From NCBI GenBank assembly GCA_963745025.1, contig CAVUWD010000007.1, positions 1 to 64,000 on the forward strand: a DNA stretch of 64,000 bases, given 5' to 3'. The translations under genes and the position numbers were made by a program. This DNA comes from an uncultured delta proteobacterium. GTDB taxonomy: Bacteria > Desulfobacterota > Binatia > JACPRU01. Of the stretch, positions 20,361 to 29,414 are shown piece after piece. How positions within the stretch are numbered: the first letter of the stretch is position 1; each line of letters starts with the position of its first letter. The notes beneath the pieces are model-generated. The model saw only the letters and a list, made by a program, of their open reading frames with translations, was not told the DNA's origin and did no database searches.

Positions 20361-22847
20361 CTACGCTAGCGCGCCGCTCGCGGCGATCCGCGCCAGGTCC
20401 TCGTCGTCGTAGCCGAGGATCTCCTGAAGGACCATGACCGAGTGCTCGCCGAGGCACGGCGCGGGCGCGCGCGGGCCGCTGTCGTAGCCGAGGATGCGGA
20501 ATTGGTGCCCTTCGTAGGGCACCTCGCCCATTTCCGGATGGATCATCGGGCGAAAGAAGCGCCGGTGCCGGAGCTGCGGATCCTCGAGATGGTCACTCGA
20601 CCGCTGCACCATGCCGGCCGGGACACCCGCCGCTTGCAGGAGTTCCATCAGCGCGCGCGGCTCGTGGCGGCGCGTGAACTCGGCGAGCTCTCGGTCGATG
20701 AGGTCTCTTCGAGCCCTCCTGCCGGCCGCCGTGTCGAGCTCGCGGGAAGTTGCCCATTCGGGACTACCGAGTACGTCGCGCAGCGCACACCACTGAGCGT
20801 CGCTTTCGACCGCGATCGCGCACCACTCGTCTTTGCCGGCGCACGGGTAGGCGTCGTGCGGCGCAGCCGTCGGAGAGTCGTTCCCCGCTCGCCGCGGCAT
20901 GCGGCCGCTCACCTGATAGTCGAGGATCTCCGGGGCGAGGAAGTACAGCGACGACTCCATCTGCGCCTGATCGACGTACTGACCCTGCCCCGTCCGTCGG
21001 CGATGATCGAGCGCGGCCATCAGGGTCGCCGCGAGAAAGCGCGGGGCGATCGTGTCCGTGTACGCGTTGAACGGACCCGCGGGCGGGCGGTCGTCCCAGC
21101 CCGTGATCTCGTAGAAGCCGCAGATCGCGGCCGCGTGATAGCCATAGCCGGCGAGGGCGGCGGCGGGCCCCGTCTGACCGAGGAGGCACGTGCTCGCCAT
21201 GATGATCGAGGGGTTGATCTCGCGAAGGACCTCGTATCCGAGGCCGAGTTCGGCGATCGTGCCCGCCGTGAAGGAGTCGAGACAGACGTCCGCCCAACGG
21301 ACGAGCCGCTTGGCGACCTCCAAGCCCTCGGGCTGCTTCAGGTTGAGGGCCAGCGACAGCTTCGAGGTGTTGAACGACGCGAAGAACTGGCAGCGGTTCG
21401 GCCCGGCCACGTTGTCCTTGAACGGCCCGACCAGACGCAGCCGGTCCGCGGGGTTCACGGTCTCGACGCGCACGACCGTCGCCCCGTGGTCGGCGAAGTA
21501 CTTTGCCGTGATCGGCCCGACACCGATCCACGAGAAGTCGGCGATCTTGACGCCGGCAAAGGGCAACGCCGTAGGATGCGGGATTGCCGTTGATCGCGAC
21601 CAACGGGAGCGATCTATCGAGGATGCTAGCGGCGAAGTCGCCGACGGGGGCGACGCGGCCCGTTCGCGCGGGATCTCGAGCGACCTCACGATTTCGTCTC
21701 CGTGCTCGCCGACGGCGGGCGCAGGCCGCGAGAACGAGACGGGCGTGCGCGAGAGTTTCACGAAGGGGCCGGTCGCGCGCAGAAGCCGTTGACCCACGCG
21801 GTACGGCTGCCAGTAGCGCCGCGCTTCGAGGTGGTCGAGCGCCAGCACATCGGCCACGGTGTTGACCGGCGCGATCGTCACGCCCTCGGCGACGCCGCGC
21901 GCGAAGAGCTCGGCCTTCTTATGCTTTGCGCAGAAGCAACGGATCTTCTCCTGCACCTCCGGCAGCGCATGCGCCAGTCCGGCGCCGGTCAGCATGCGCG
22001 CTTCGTAGGTCTTCCAGTCCTCGGCGGCGGCCCACTCGGCGCTCACCGTGCCGTCCTCGATCATCCACGGAATGAGTCGCGTGAGCGTAGCCGTCGTCGT
22101 GATCAGCACCACCTCTCCGTCGGCGCACGGATAGACGAGAGACGTGGTGAACGTGGTCAGCTGGAGAACCGTGCCGCTGCGCTCGATGTCCTTCCCCTGG
22201 ATGGCGTGGGCGATCATCGCGTTCAGTCCGGTCCAGAAGACGGCTGCCTGGACGGAGACGTCGACGAACTGCGCCTCGCCGGTGGCGAGGCGGCGGTGGT
22301 GCGCAACGAGCGCTCCGACGGCGCCCTCCGCCGCGGCGTGGTACCACGTCTGCGGAACGGTGATGCGCACCGGCCGCCGATCGGCTTCGCCGTTCAGCGC
22401 CATCATGCCGCCCATCGCGGCGAGCGTCAGATCGCTGGCGAGGTGGCGAGCGTAGGGGCCATCCTGACCAAACGGCGTGATCGCGACGTAGACGAGCCTC
22501 GGGTTCACCGCGCGGAGAGCCTCGAAGCCGAGACCGCGCGCCGCCATCTCGCCCGGAGCGGCGTTCTCGAAGAGAAAATCCGCGCTCGCCACGAGCTCTC
22601 GGAGGCGGCGGCGTCCGGTTTCGGCGTCGATGTCGAGCGCGATGCTTCGCTTGCCGCGGTTCAGCGCATGAAAGCGCAGGCTCTCGAGGCCGCGGGGCAA
22701 GGCGGGATCGATCGGCGGCTCATGTCGCGATGCGCAGCCCTCCGGGGGCTCGAGCTTGATCACGTCCGCGCCGAGGCCGGCCAAAATCAGCGGGGCGAGA
22801 GCGGCACGTGAATCCGTCAGGTCCAGGGCTCGGTAAGGGCTCAGCAT
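20361..22847 (-). CDS. Two-domain (fused) CaiB/BaiF family III CoA-transferase
   Basis: Two repeats: LAGLGADVIKLEPP..NRGKRS and FADHGATVVRVE..NTSKLS, each ending in AP..GEH; ATG 22847. Confidence 0.92.
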   Translation of the reverse strand: MLSPYRALDLTDSRAALAPLILAGLGADVIKLEPPEGCASRHEPPIDPALPRGLESLRFHALNRGKRSIALDIDAETGRRRLRELVASADFLFENAAPGEMAARGLGFEALRAVNPRLVYVAITPFGQDGPYARHLASDLTLAAMGGMMALNGEADRRPVRITVPQTWYHAAAEGAVGALVAHHRRLATGEAQFVDVSVQAAVFWTGLNAMIAHAIQGKDIERSGTVLQLTTFTTSLVYPCADGEVVLITTTATLTRLIPWMIEDGTVSAEWAAAEDWKTYEARMLTGAGLAHALPEVQEKIRCFCAKHKKAELFARGVAEGVTIAPVNTVADVLALDHLEARRYWQPYRVGQRLLRATGPFVKLSRTPVSFSRPAPAVGEHGDEIVRSLEIPRERAASPPSATSPLASSIDRSRWSRSTAIPHPTALPFAGVKIADFSWIGVGPITAKYFADHGATVVRVETVNPADRLRLVGPFKDNVAGPNRCQFFASFNTSKLSLALNLKQPEGLEVAKRLVRWADVCLDSFTAGTIAELGLGYEVLREINPSIIMASTCLLGQTGPAAALAGYGYHAAAICGFYEITGWDDRPPAGPFNAYTDTIAPRFLAATLMAALDHRRRTGQGQYVDQAQMESSLYFLAPEILDYQVSGRMPRRAGNDSPTAAPHDAYPCAGKDEWCAIAVESDAQWCALRDVLGSPEWATSRELDTAAGRRARRDLIDRELAEFTRRHEPRALMELLQAAGVPAGMVQRSSDHLEDPQLRHRRFFRPMIHPEMGEVPYEGHQFRILGYDSGPRAPAPCLGEHSVMVLQEILGYDDEDLARIAASGALA
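21592..21614. repeat. REP-like hairpin GATCGCGACCAACGGGAGCGATC, copy 1 (inside a CDS linker)
   Basis: Identical 23-mer at 37672-37694; GATCGC/GCGATC stem. Confidence 0.65.
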
Positions 22848-22927
22848 GGGCCCTCTCCCGCCAGAGTTCCCGTCGACTTTCAAGTAGCTGGCGGGGGCAT
22901 CGCGAAAAGCGCTATGATCACCGCCGT

Positions 22928-23266
22928 ATGAATCGGCTTTCGGCGCTCGGTTGCATCCTCGGTTGTCTCGCCCTCGTCTCGCGCGGCGTTCTGGTCGTAG
23001 TTCCGTCCTCGGCGCTCGCGCAGGAAGAGGGCCAAGCCGAGGCTCCGGGCAACGCAAATGCCGCCGAGCCCGATTCAGACGAAGAGGCGGGCGGCGCCGT
23101 CGCGGGTGACCCTGCATCCCCGCCGGATGATGACTCCGCAGAGGACGAGCCCAGCACCGGCACCGACGACCAGAATGGCGACGAAGGTCTCGGGACCGAC
23201 GACGAGGCGAGTCGATCGCCCGCCGAGGTGCCTGGCAGCGAGTCGCAAGGCGTGGAGGCGCTGTAG
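22928..23266 (+). CDS. Secreted acidic low-complexity protein
   Basis: Signal-peptide-like N-terminus ending ALA-Q, followed by an Asp/Glu-rich disordered tail. Confidence 0.55.
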   Translation: MNRLSALGCILGCLALVSRGVLVVVPSSALAQEEGQAEAPGNANAAEPDSDEEAGGAVAGDPASPPDDDSAEDEPSTGTDDQNGDEGLGTDDEASRSPAEVPGSESQGVEAL

Positions 23267-23361
23267 TCGCGAGATCGTCGTTCCACCGGGACCGGTCGTC
23301 GGCAAGATCGACCGAACATCTCTTTCCGAATGGCTGAAGGTCGGCTAAGAGCTTCCCCAGC

Positions 23362-24423
23362 ATGAGCGATCTCGGCGCAAACGCTTCGCGCACCCTCTCC
23401 TCCGCGGCGGTGCTCGCCATCGTTGGCATCCTCGTCGCCGCCCCTCGAGCGAGCTCGCAGGCCACACCGACGCCGACCGATACAGCCACGCCGGCCGAGT
23501 CTCCGACCTTGACGCCGACGGCGTCTGGCACGACGACACCGACCGCGTCTCCAACCGAAACCGCCATCCCTGAGCAGGCACCGACCACGGCGCCCAGGGA
23601 AACTCCGATCGTCGTCCCGACGGTACGGCCAACTCCATTCGCGGGCGGCAGCGCTGGCGCGACCAGCGCCTCAGATGAATTCGGCACGGAAGGCGAGACG
23701 GTTGACGCCGGGAAGTTCGAAGTCCGCAACACGACCGCGGACACCGAACGCGTCACCGAAGTGACGATCGATGAAACCGATCCCGAGGTCGTTTCCTTGT
23801 TGAGTCTGAGCGGCAAGACTTCGGGCGCAAGCCAGACGGCCATAGTAACGGCACCAACGGGGACCAACGTGTTCGTGTTCGAACCGGCCCTGGAGATCCC
23901 CGCCGGAGAGGCGGCGACCTTCTCGCTGAGCGCGACGATCGCCGCGACTTCCCAGACGACCGCGGAGGCAACTGCAACCTCCGGCCCGGCAGAGGCAACG
24001 CCGACGCCCGAGCCCACTGCCACTCAAACCCCCGATCCCTTCGCTGTGGGCCGCGCCGGTACGGTGCGCATCGTCGCAGCCTCGTCGATTCCTCTAGGGC
24101 GCGGCGCGGAGAGCCGCAGTAGTTCTGGCGGCTTCGCAGCGGTCGTCATGCTCCTGGCGATGGCTGCGGCGAGTCGAACCGATCGCCGAAATCTTTCCGC
24201 CGCCTGGTTCCTGCTCGCGATGGCGGCGCTCTTGTGGATGAACGCGCTACCCGGCTGCGGCGCCGAGCAAACGACGGTTCAGACGGTGGGCCGGATCTCA
24301 GCAGAGAGCGATCCGGGACCCGTCACCTTCACCGGCGTGCCGTTTTCGCTCGGCACGGTCTCTCGCCCGCAAAACCTGGTGTTCCCCGGCGCAGCGAGCT
24401 CGACTCCGCGCCCGACGCCTTGA
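23362..24423 (+). CDS. Exported/membrane Pro-Thr-rich protein with a beta-rich central domain
   Basis: Signal peptide, TPTPT linkers flanking a beta-strand-rich region, two hydrophobic helices near the C-terminus. Confidence 0.65.
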   Translation: MSDLGANASRTLSSAAVLAIVGILVAAPRASSQATPTPTDTATPAESPTLTPTASGTTTPTASPTETAIPEQAPTTAPRETPIVVPTVRPTPFAGGSAGATSASDEFGTEGETVDAGKFEVRNTTADTERVTEVTIDETDPEVVSLLSLSGKTSGASQTAIVTAPTGTNVFVFEPALEIPAGEAATFSLSATIAATSQTTAEATATSGPAEATPTPEPTATQTPDPFAVGRAGTVRIVAASSIPLGRGAESRSSSGGFAAVVMLLAMAAASRTDRRNLSAAWFLLAMAALLWMNALPGCGAEQTTVQTVGRISAESDPGPVTFTGVPFSLGTVSRPQNLVFPGAASSTPRPTP

Positions 24424-24600
24424 GCGTCGAGCTCCGTTTCTGCGATCGGCGCTCCATCCATTTCCGTCCGTGTTGGGAATGGCGAGCGAACCGTACCCGG
24501 CTCGCCCGCTCTTGACTAAGGTCACCGCTCTGGCAGGCTCGGCGACGGGCGTGATCCGGTCGAGCGTGATCGCGTGCTCGAACGACGAGGAGGATGCGAG

Positions 24601-24828
24601 ATGGATCAATTGCCCGTTGCCGTCGATGTTTCGTGCACCGAGCGCACGCTGGAAGTCGCGCTTTCCGATGGCCGCACGCTCTCGGTCCCTCTCGTTTGGT
24701 TCCCGCGACTTCTGGTGGCGACGCCGGAACAACGGGGCCGGTGGCGCCTGGTCGCAGATGGCAAGGGCATCGAGTGGAGCGAGATCGAGGAGGACGTCTC
24801 CGTCGAGGGGCTCCTCCTCAGTAACTGA
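24601..24828 (+). CDS. DUF2442 domain protein (putative antitoxin-like)
   Basis: L.V.LSDGRTLSVPLVWFPRL..ATPEQR..W......GIEW.EIEEDVSVEGLL; GAGGAGG RBS. Confidence 0.85.
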   Translation: MDQLPVAVDVSCTERTLEVALSDGRTLSVPLVWFPRLLVATPEQRGRWRLVADGKGIEWSEIEEDVSVEGLLLSN

Positions 24829-25029
24829 GCTGCGCCCGGCGACCCGCGACACGCAAGCGGGGGGACCTTCGATGCTGTCGCGCAGGCGCGCAAGATCAGA
24901 AGATCAAGCGAGCCGGCGCCGCGACGCCGCGCCGCAGGCCGACGACGAGCACGGCTTCCACGGGTCGACGCGCGTATCGAATTGACCCGCCAATCAATCT
25001 GTCGTAGGCCCCGCAGACGAGGCGGCGCA

Positions 25030-25521
25030 ATGGCCAACGATCCCGACTTCGATTCCTTCCCACTTGTCGCCAAGGGTCACGGCTTCGAGGATTTCACCGA
25101 AGGACAGGTCTTCGAGCATCACTGGGGGCGCACGTTGACCGAGGCGGACAACGCGCTCTTCGTCACGCTGGCGCTGCGCTTCACGCCGATTTACTTCAAC
25201 GCCGAGTACGCCCGCGCGCACGGTCATCCGAACGTGGTCGTCGATCCGCTGCTCACGCTGTGCACGGCGGTGGGTCTCTCGGTCGAGGATCTCTCCGAAG
25301 CCGGCGGTCCCTTTCTCGGAGTCGAAGACGTGGAGTTTCACCGACCGGTCTACCCCGGCGACACGCTCACGGCGCAAAGCACCGTGGTCTCCAAGCGGGA
25401 GTCCGAGAGCCGTCCCACCTTCGGCGTCGTCACCTGGAGGACGGAGGGACGAAATCAACGGGGCGAGGTCGTGCTCAGCTATCGCCGCACGAACCTGGTG
25501 GCGAAGAAGGGGGCACGATGA
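25030..25521 (+). CDS. MaoC family dehydratase
   Basis: FEDFTEGQVFEHHWGRT.TEADN, PIYFNAEYA, PVYPGDTL hotdog-fold motifs. Confidence 0.9.
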   Translation: MANDPDFDSFPLVAKGHGFEDFTEGQVFEHHWGRTLTEADNALFVTLALRFTPIYFNAEYARAHGHPNVVVDPLLTLCTAVGLSVEDLSEAGGPFLGVEDVEFHRPVYPGDTLTAQSTVVSKRESESRPTFGVVTWRTEGRNQRGEVVLSYRRTNLVAKKGAR

Positions 25522-26723
25522 GCGGACTCCGCGGCATCCTCGAGCGCGTGCCGGCTGCCTACTACAGCGAGGAGCGCCAGGCGATCCTCGAGACGGCGCG
25601 CGAGTTCGCGATGAACGAGGTGCTGCCCGTCGCCAACGAACTCGATCCGGTACAGGGTGAGATCCCGATGGCGCTCCGCGACAAGATGGCCGAGCTCGGC
25701 TACTTCGGCATCCTCATCCCGCAGGATTACGGCGGCCTCGGGCTCGGCACCTTCGAGTACGTGCTCGTCACCGAGGAGCTGGCGCGCGCCTGGATGAGCG
25801 TGGCGAGCATCATCGCGCGCGGCAACGGCCTCGGCGGAGGATTCAGCGAAGAGCACCGCCGCGCGATGCTTCCGCAGATGGCGAAGGGCGAGTGCCTCGG
25901 AGCCTTCGCGCTCTCCGAGCCGGACGCGGGCTCGGACGTCGCCTCGATCCGCTGCCGGGCCGAGCTCGACGGCGACGAGTGGGTCATCAACGGCCAGAAG
26001 ATGTGGTGCACGTTCGCCGACGGCGCCGACTTCATCATCCTGGTTGCCCGCGCCACCCCCTACGATCCCGATCATCGCCACGCGGGGATCACCCAGTTCT
26101 TGATACCGAAGGAACGCGGCAAGCTTCCACCGGGGATCGAGGGCACGCCGATGCGCAAGATCGGCTATCACGGCTGGAAGACGTGGGAGCTGTCGTTCAA
26201 CGATTTCCGCATCCCGAAAACAAACGTCTTGATCGGACGCGACGAGGACGACACCTCGGCCGGGTTCAAGCGCACCGCGAGCTGGCTCTCCGTGGCCCGC
26301 ATCCACACGGCGGCCCGCTCCGTGGGCCTCGCGCGCGGCGCGCTCGAGGACTCGATCGCTTACGCGCAAGCGCGCGAGCAGTTCGGGCGGCCGATCGGCG
26401 ATTTCCAGGCGATCCGCTTCAAGATCGCCTGGATGGCGACCGAGATCGAAGCCGCACGCAATCTCACCTACGCGGCCGCCGACAATGCAGACCGCGGTCG
26501 TCGGAACGACGTCGAAGCCTCGATGGCGAAGCTGTTCGCCAGCGAGATGGCCGAGAAGGTGACGAGCGAAGGCATCCAGATCCACGGCGGCGCCGGCTAT
26601 ACGAGCGAGTGCGCGGTGGAGCGCTACTGGCGCGACGCGCGCCTGACGAAGATCTTCGAGGGGACATCCGAGATCCAGCAGCGGATCATTTCCGACGCCT
26701 ATCTGCCGAGGCCGAAGAAATGA
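25518..26723 (+). CDS. Acyl-CoA dehydrogenase
   Basis: ALSEPDAGSD, INGQKMW, REQFGRPIGDFQAI, QIHGGAGY, IFEGTSEIQ. Confidence 0.95.
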   Translation: MSGLRGILERVPAAYYSEERQAILETAREFAMNEVLPVANELDPVQGEIPMALRDKMAELGYFGILIPQDYGGLGLGTFEYVLVTEELARAWMSVASIIARGNGLGGGFSEEHRRAMLPQMAKGECLGAFALSEPDAGSDVASIRCRAELDGDEWVINGQKMWCTFADGADFIILVARATPYDPDHRHAGITQFLIPKERGKLPPGIEGTPMRKIGYHGWKTWELSFNDFRIPKTNVLIGRDEDDTSAGFKRTASWLSVARIHTAARSVGLARGALEDSIAYAQAREQFGRPIGDFQAIRFKIAWMATEIEAARNLTYAAADNADRGRRNDVEASMAKLFASEMAEKVTSEGIQIHGGAGYTSECAVERYWRDARLTKIFEGTSEIQQRIISDAYLPRPKK

Positions 26724-27199
26724 TCCGCACGGCCCTCACCGGCGCCGGCGGCTACTTCGAAGACTTCGAAGTCGGCCAGAAGATGCGCCACGCGCGCGGC
26801 ACGACGATCGGCGAGGTCGAGAACCAGATGGTCACCAAGCTGGTGATGAACACCGCCGACGCGCACTACAACGAGCACCGGGCGAGGAACACGCCCTTCG
26901 GGCAGCGCGTCGTGTTCGGGCTCGTTACCGGCTCGGTCGTGATCGGCCTCGCCACCCAGGACACCGCCGAGCAAGCGCTCGCCGAGCTTCGGCTCGACAA
27001 GCTCCGCTTCCGCGCGCCCGTCTTTCACGGCGATTCGCTCACCGCCTACAGCGAGGTGCTCTCGAAGCGCGACGCCGATCGCGAGGATGCCGGTGTCGTG
27101 CGCTTCAAGCACTGGGGCGTGAAGCACGACGGCACGGTCGTCTTCGAGGGAGAGCGCGAGGTCCTGCTCAAACGGCGCAGCTACTGGGGAACGCGATGA
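26720..27199 (+). CDS. MaoC family dehydratase
   Basis: YFEDFEVGQKMRH.RG.TI, NTPFGQRVV, F.APVFHGDSL; ATGA overlap with the ACAD stop. Confidence 0.9.
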   Translation: MIRTALTGAGGYFEDFEVGQKMRHARGTTIGEVENQMVTKLVMNTADAHYNEHRARNTPFGQRVVFGLVTGSVVIGLATQDTAEQALAELRLDKLRFRAPVFHGDSLTAYSEVLSKRDADREDAGVVRFKHWGVKHDGTVVFEGEREVLLKRRSYWGTR

Positions 27200-28506
27200 C
27201 CGAGCGCACGGGTCCGCTGTCCGACCTGCGCATCCTCGATCTCACGCAGGCGCTCGCCGGACCCTATGGCACCGCGCTCCTCGCCGACCTCGGCGCCGAC
27301 GTCGTCAAGATCGAGCCGCCGGGCGGCGACATCTCGCGCCCGATGGCGCCTCTGCTGAAGGACTACGCTCCGCCGGGATCGAAACGGCCCGCGGGCTGCG
27401 ACTACGGCGGTTATTTCGCGAGCATCAACCGCAACAAGCGGTCGATCGTGCTCGATCTGCGGAGAGACGAAAGTCGCGACCGCTTCCTCGAACTCGCGGT
27501 CACCGCGGACGCCGTGATCGAGAATTCGCGGGTCGGCGTCATGGACCGGCTCGGCGTCGGCTACGACATCCTCAGGGGCGTCAACCCGCAGATCGTCTAC
27601 GCGGCGATCCGCGGCTTCGGCGATCCGCGCACCGGCGAGAGCCCGTACGCCGAGTGGCCGGCGTTCGACATCGTCGCCCAGTGCATGGGGGGGCTCGTCG
27701 GCATCACGGGACCGACGGAGAGCGCGGGGTTTCCGAACGGGGCGAGCGTCGGCGACCTCTTTCCCGGCGCGCTGATGGCGCTCGGCGTCGTTTCCGCGGT
27801 TCACGCCGCACGTCAGACCGGCAAGGGTCAATTTCTCGACGTGTCGATGTACGACGCCATCCTCAGCCTCTGCGAGACCCTCGTCATCAACTATTCGTGC
27901 GCCAACCGCGTTCTCGGTCCACGCGGCTCGGGTCATCCTGCGCTCTGCCCGTTCGACGTCTACGAGACGAGCGACGGAGCCGTCGCGATCGCCGCGCCGA
28001 CCGACAATCACTGGGAGGCGCTCTGCGAGATTGTCGGCCGGCCGGACCTCGTCGAGGACGAGCGCACCCGGGACAACCGGCGTCGCTCCGAGAACCGCGC
28101 CTTGGTGACGGAGATTCTCACCACCTGGACGGGAGCCCGCACCAAGAAGGAGGTCGTTCGGCTGCTCGGCGGTAAGGTGCCGGTCGGCCCGGTGAACAAT
28201 GCGGCCGACGTGTTCGCCGACCCGCACGTGTGGCTCCGCCGGATGCTCGTCGAGATCGAGCCGCCGGGCGACAACGGCACGATGATGGTCGTCGGCACGC
28301 CGATCAAGCTGACCGAGACGCCGGCGGGGGTCTATCGCCGCCCGCCGCGGCTCGGCGAGCACACCGCGGAGATCCTCGCCGAGATCCGGCAGGGAGCGAA
28401 GCCCGGCGCGGACATGCGCCGCGACGGGTGCGGGGCCCGTGGGCATCGGAAGCGCGCAGACGGCGAGCACTCGACGGGCCCCCGGAGCCCAAAGGAGACG
28501 ACATGA
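27196..28506 (+). CDS. CaiB/BaiF family III CoA-transferase
   Basis: PLSDLRILDLTQALAGP, LGADVVKIEPP, NRNKRSI, AFDIVAQ catalytic Asp, PPRLGEHT. Confidence 0.95.
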   Translation: MTERTGPLSDLRILDLTQALAGPYGTALLADLGADVVKIEPPGGDISRPMAPLLKDYAPPGSKRPAGCDYGGYFASINRNKRSIVLDLRRDESRDRFLELAVTADAVIENSRVGVMDRLGVGYDILRGVNPQIVYAAIRGFGDPRTGESPYAEWPAFDIVAQCMGGLVGITGPTESAGFPNGASVGDLFPGALMALGVVSAVHAARQTGKGQFLDVSMYDAILSLCETLVINYSCANRVLGPRGSGHPALCPFDVYETSDGAVAIAAPTDNHWEALCEIVGRPDLVEDERTRDNRRRSENRALVTEILTTWTGARTKKEVVRLLGGKVPVGPVNNAADVFADPHVWLRRMLVEIEPPGDNGTMMVVGTPIKLTETPAGVYRRPPRLGEHTAEILAEIRQGAKPGADMRRDGCGARGHRKRADGEHSTGPRSPKETT

Positions 28507-29414
28507 GCGTTCGCCTGCGACGGTCCGAGTTGTCCACGCCCGGCTCGAATCCCAAGATGATCGAGAAGGCGGCGCAAAGCGCCGCCGATCTGGTATTCCT
28601 CGACCTCGAGGACGCGGTCGCGCCCGCCCAGAAGATCGCGGCGCGCGATCACGTGGTGCGCGGCCTCACCGAGCTCGATTGGGGCAAGAAGCTCCGCGCG
28701 GTGCGCGTCAACGACGCGCACACCGAGTGGGCGCACGGGGACGTCATCACGGTGGTGGAGGGCGCCGGGGAGCACCTCGATCTCATCATCATCCCGAAGG
28801 TGAAGGCGCCGCGCGACGTCTGGTTCTTCGAGACCCTGCTCGATCAGCTCGAGAAGAAGCTTCACCTGAACCGGCGGATCGGGCTCGAGGCGCTCATCGA
28901 GGAGACCGAGGCGCTGTCGCGGGTCGAGGAGATCGCCGCCTCGTCGCCGCGTCTGGAGGCCTTGATCCTCGGCTTCGGCGACCTTTCGGCGAGCCAGGGG
29001 ATGCGGTTCGGGATCGGCGCCGACGGCGCCGATCGTTACCCCGGCGACATCTGGCACCACGCGCGCGCGCGAATGATCGTCGCCGCCCGAGCGCACGGTC
29101 TCGACGCGATCGACGGCCCATTCGCCAACTTCAAGGATCCCGAAGGCTACCGGCGCGACGCGACGTGGGCGGCGATGCTCGGCGCGGTCGGCAAGTGGGC
29201 GATCCATCCGAGTCAGATCGAGATCGCCAACGACGTTTTCGCGCCGACGCCCCACGAAATCGAAACCGCGCGGCGGATGTACGAAGCGTACCGCGCCGCG
29301 GAGCAAGCCGGGGCGGGCGCGGCCGGGGCGGGCGGAGTGCTGGTAGACGCGGCGGCGGCGCGGATCTTCGAAGGCGTGCTCGAGCGCGCGAAGCTCTCGG
29401 GGCGACTCGCATGA
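28503..29414 (+). CDS. CitE/malyl-CoA lyase-like (HpcH/HpaI family) CoA-ester lyase
   Basis: RRSELSTPGSN, VFLDLEDAVAP, VRVN, IIPKV, GKWAIHPSQI..AN.VFAP. Confidence 0.92.
   Translation: MSVRLRRSELSTPGSNPKMIEKAAQSAADLVFLDLEDAVAPAQKIAARDHVVRGLTELDWGKKLRAVRVNDAHTEWAHGDVITVVEGAGEHLDLIIIPKVKAPRDVWFFETLLDQLEKKLHLNRRIGLEALIEETEALSRVEEIAASSPRLEALILGFGDLSASQGMRFGIGADGADRYPGDIWHHARARMIVAARAHGLDAIDGPFANFKDPEGYRRDATWAAMLGAVGKWAIHPSQIEIANDVFAPTPHEIETARRMYEAYRAAEQAGAGAAGAGGVLVDAAAARIFEGVLERAKLSGRLA

Noticed and set aside
22848-24023. N-terminal extension making the CoA-transferase 1220 aa
   Set aside because: The extension is the antisense of two plus-strand exported-protein genes; the family homology starts at ATG 22847.
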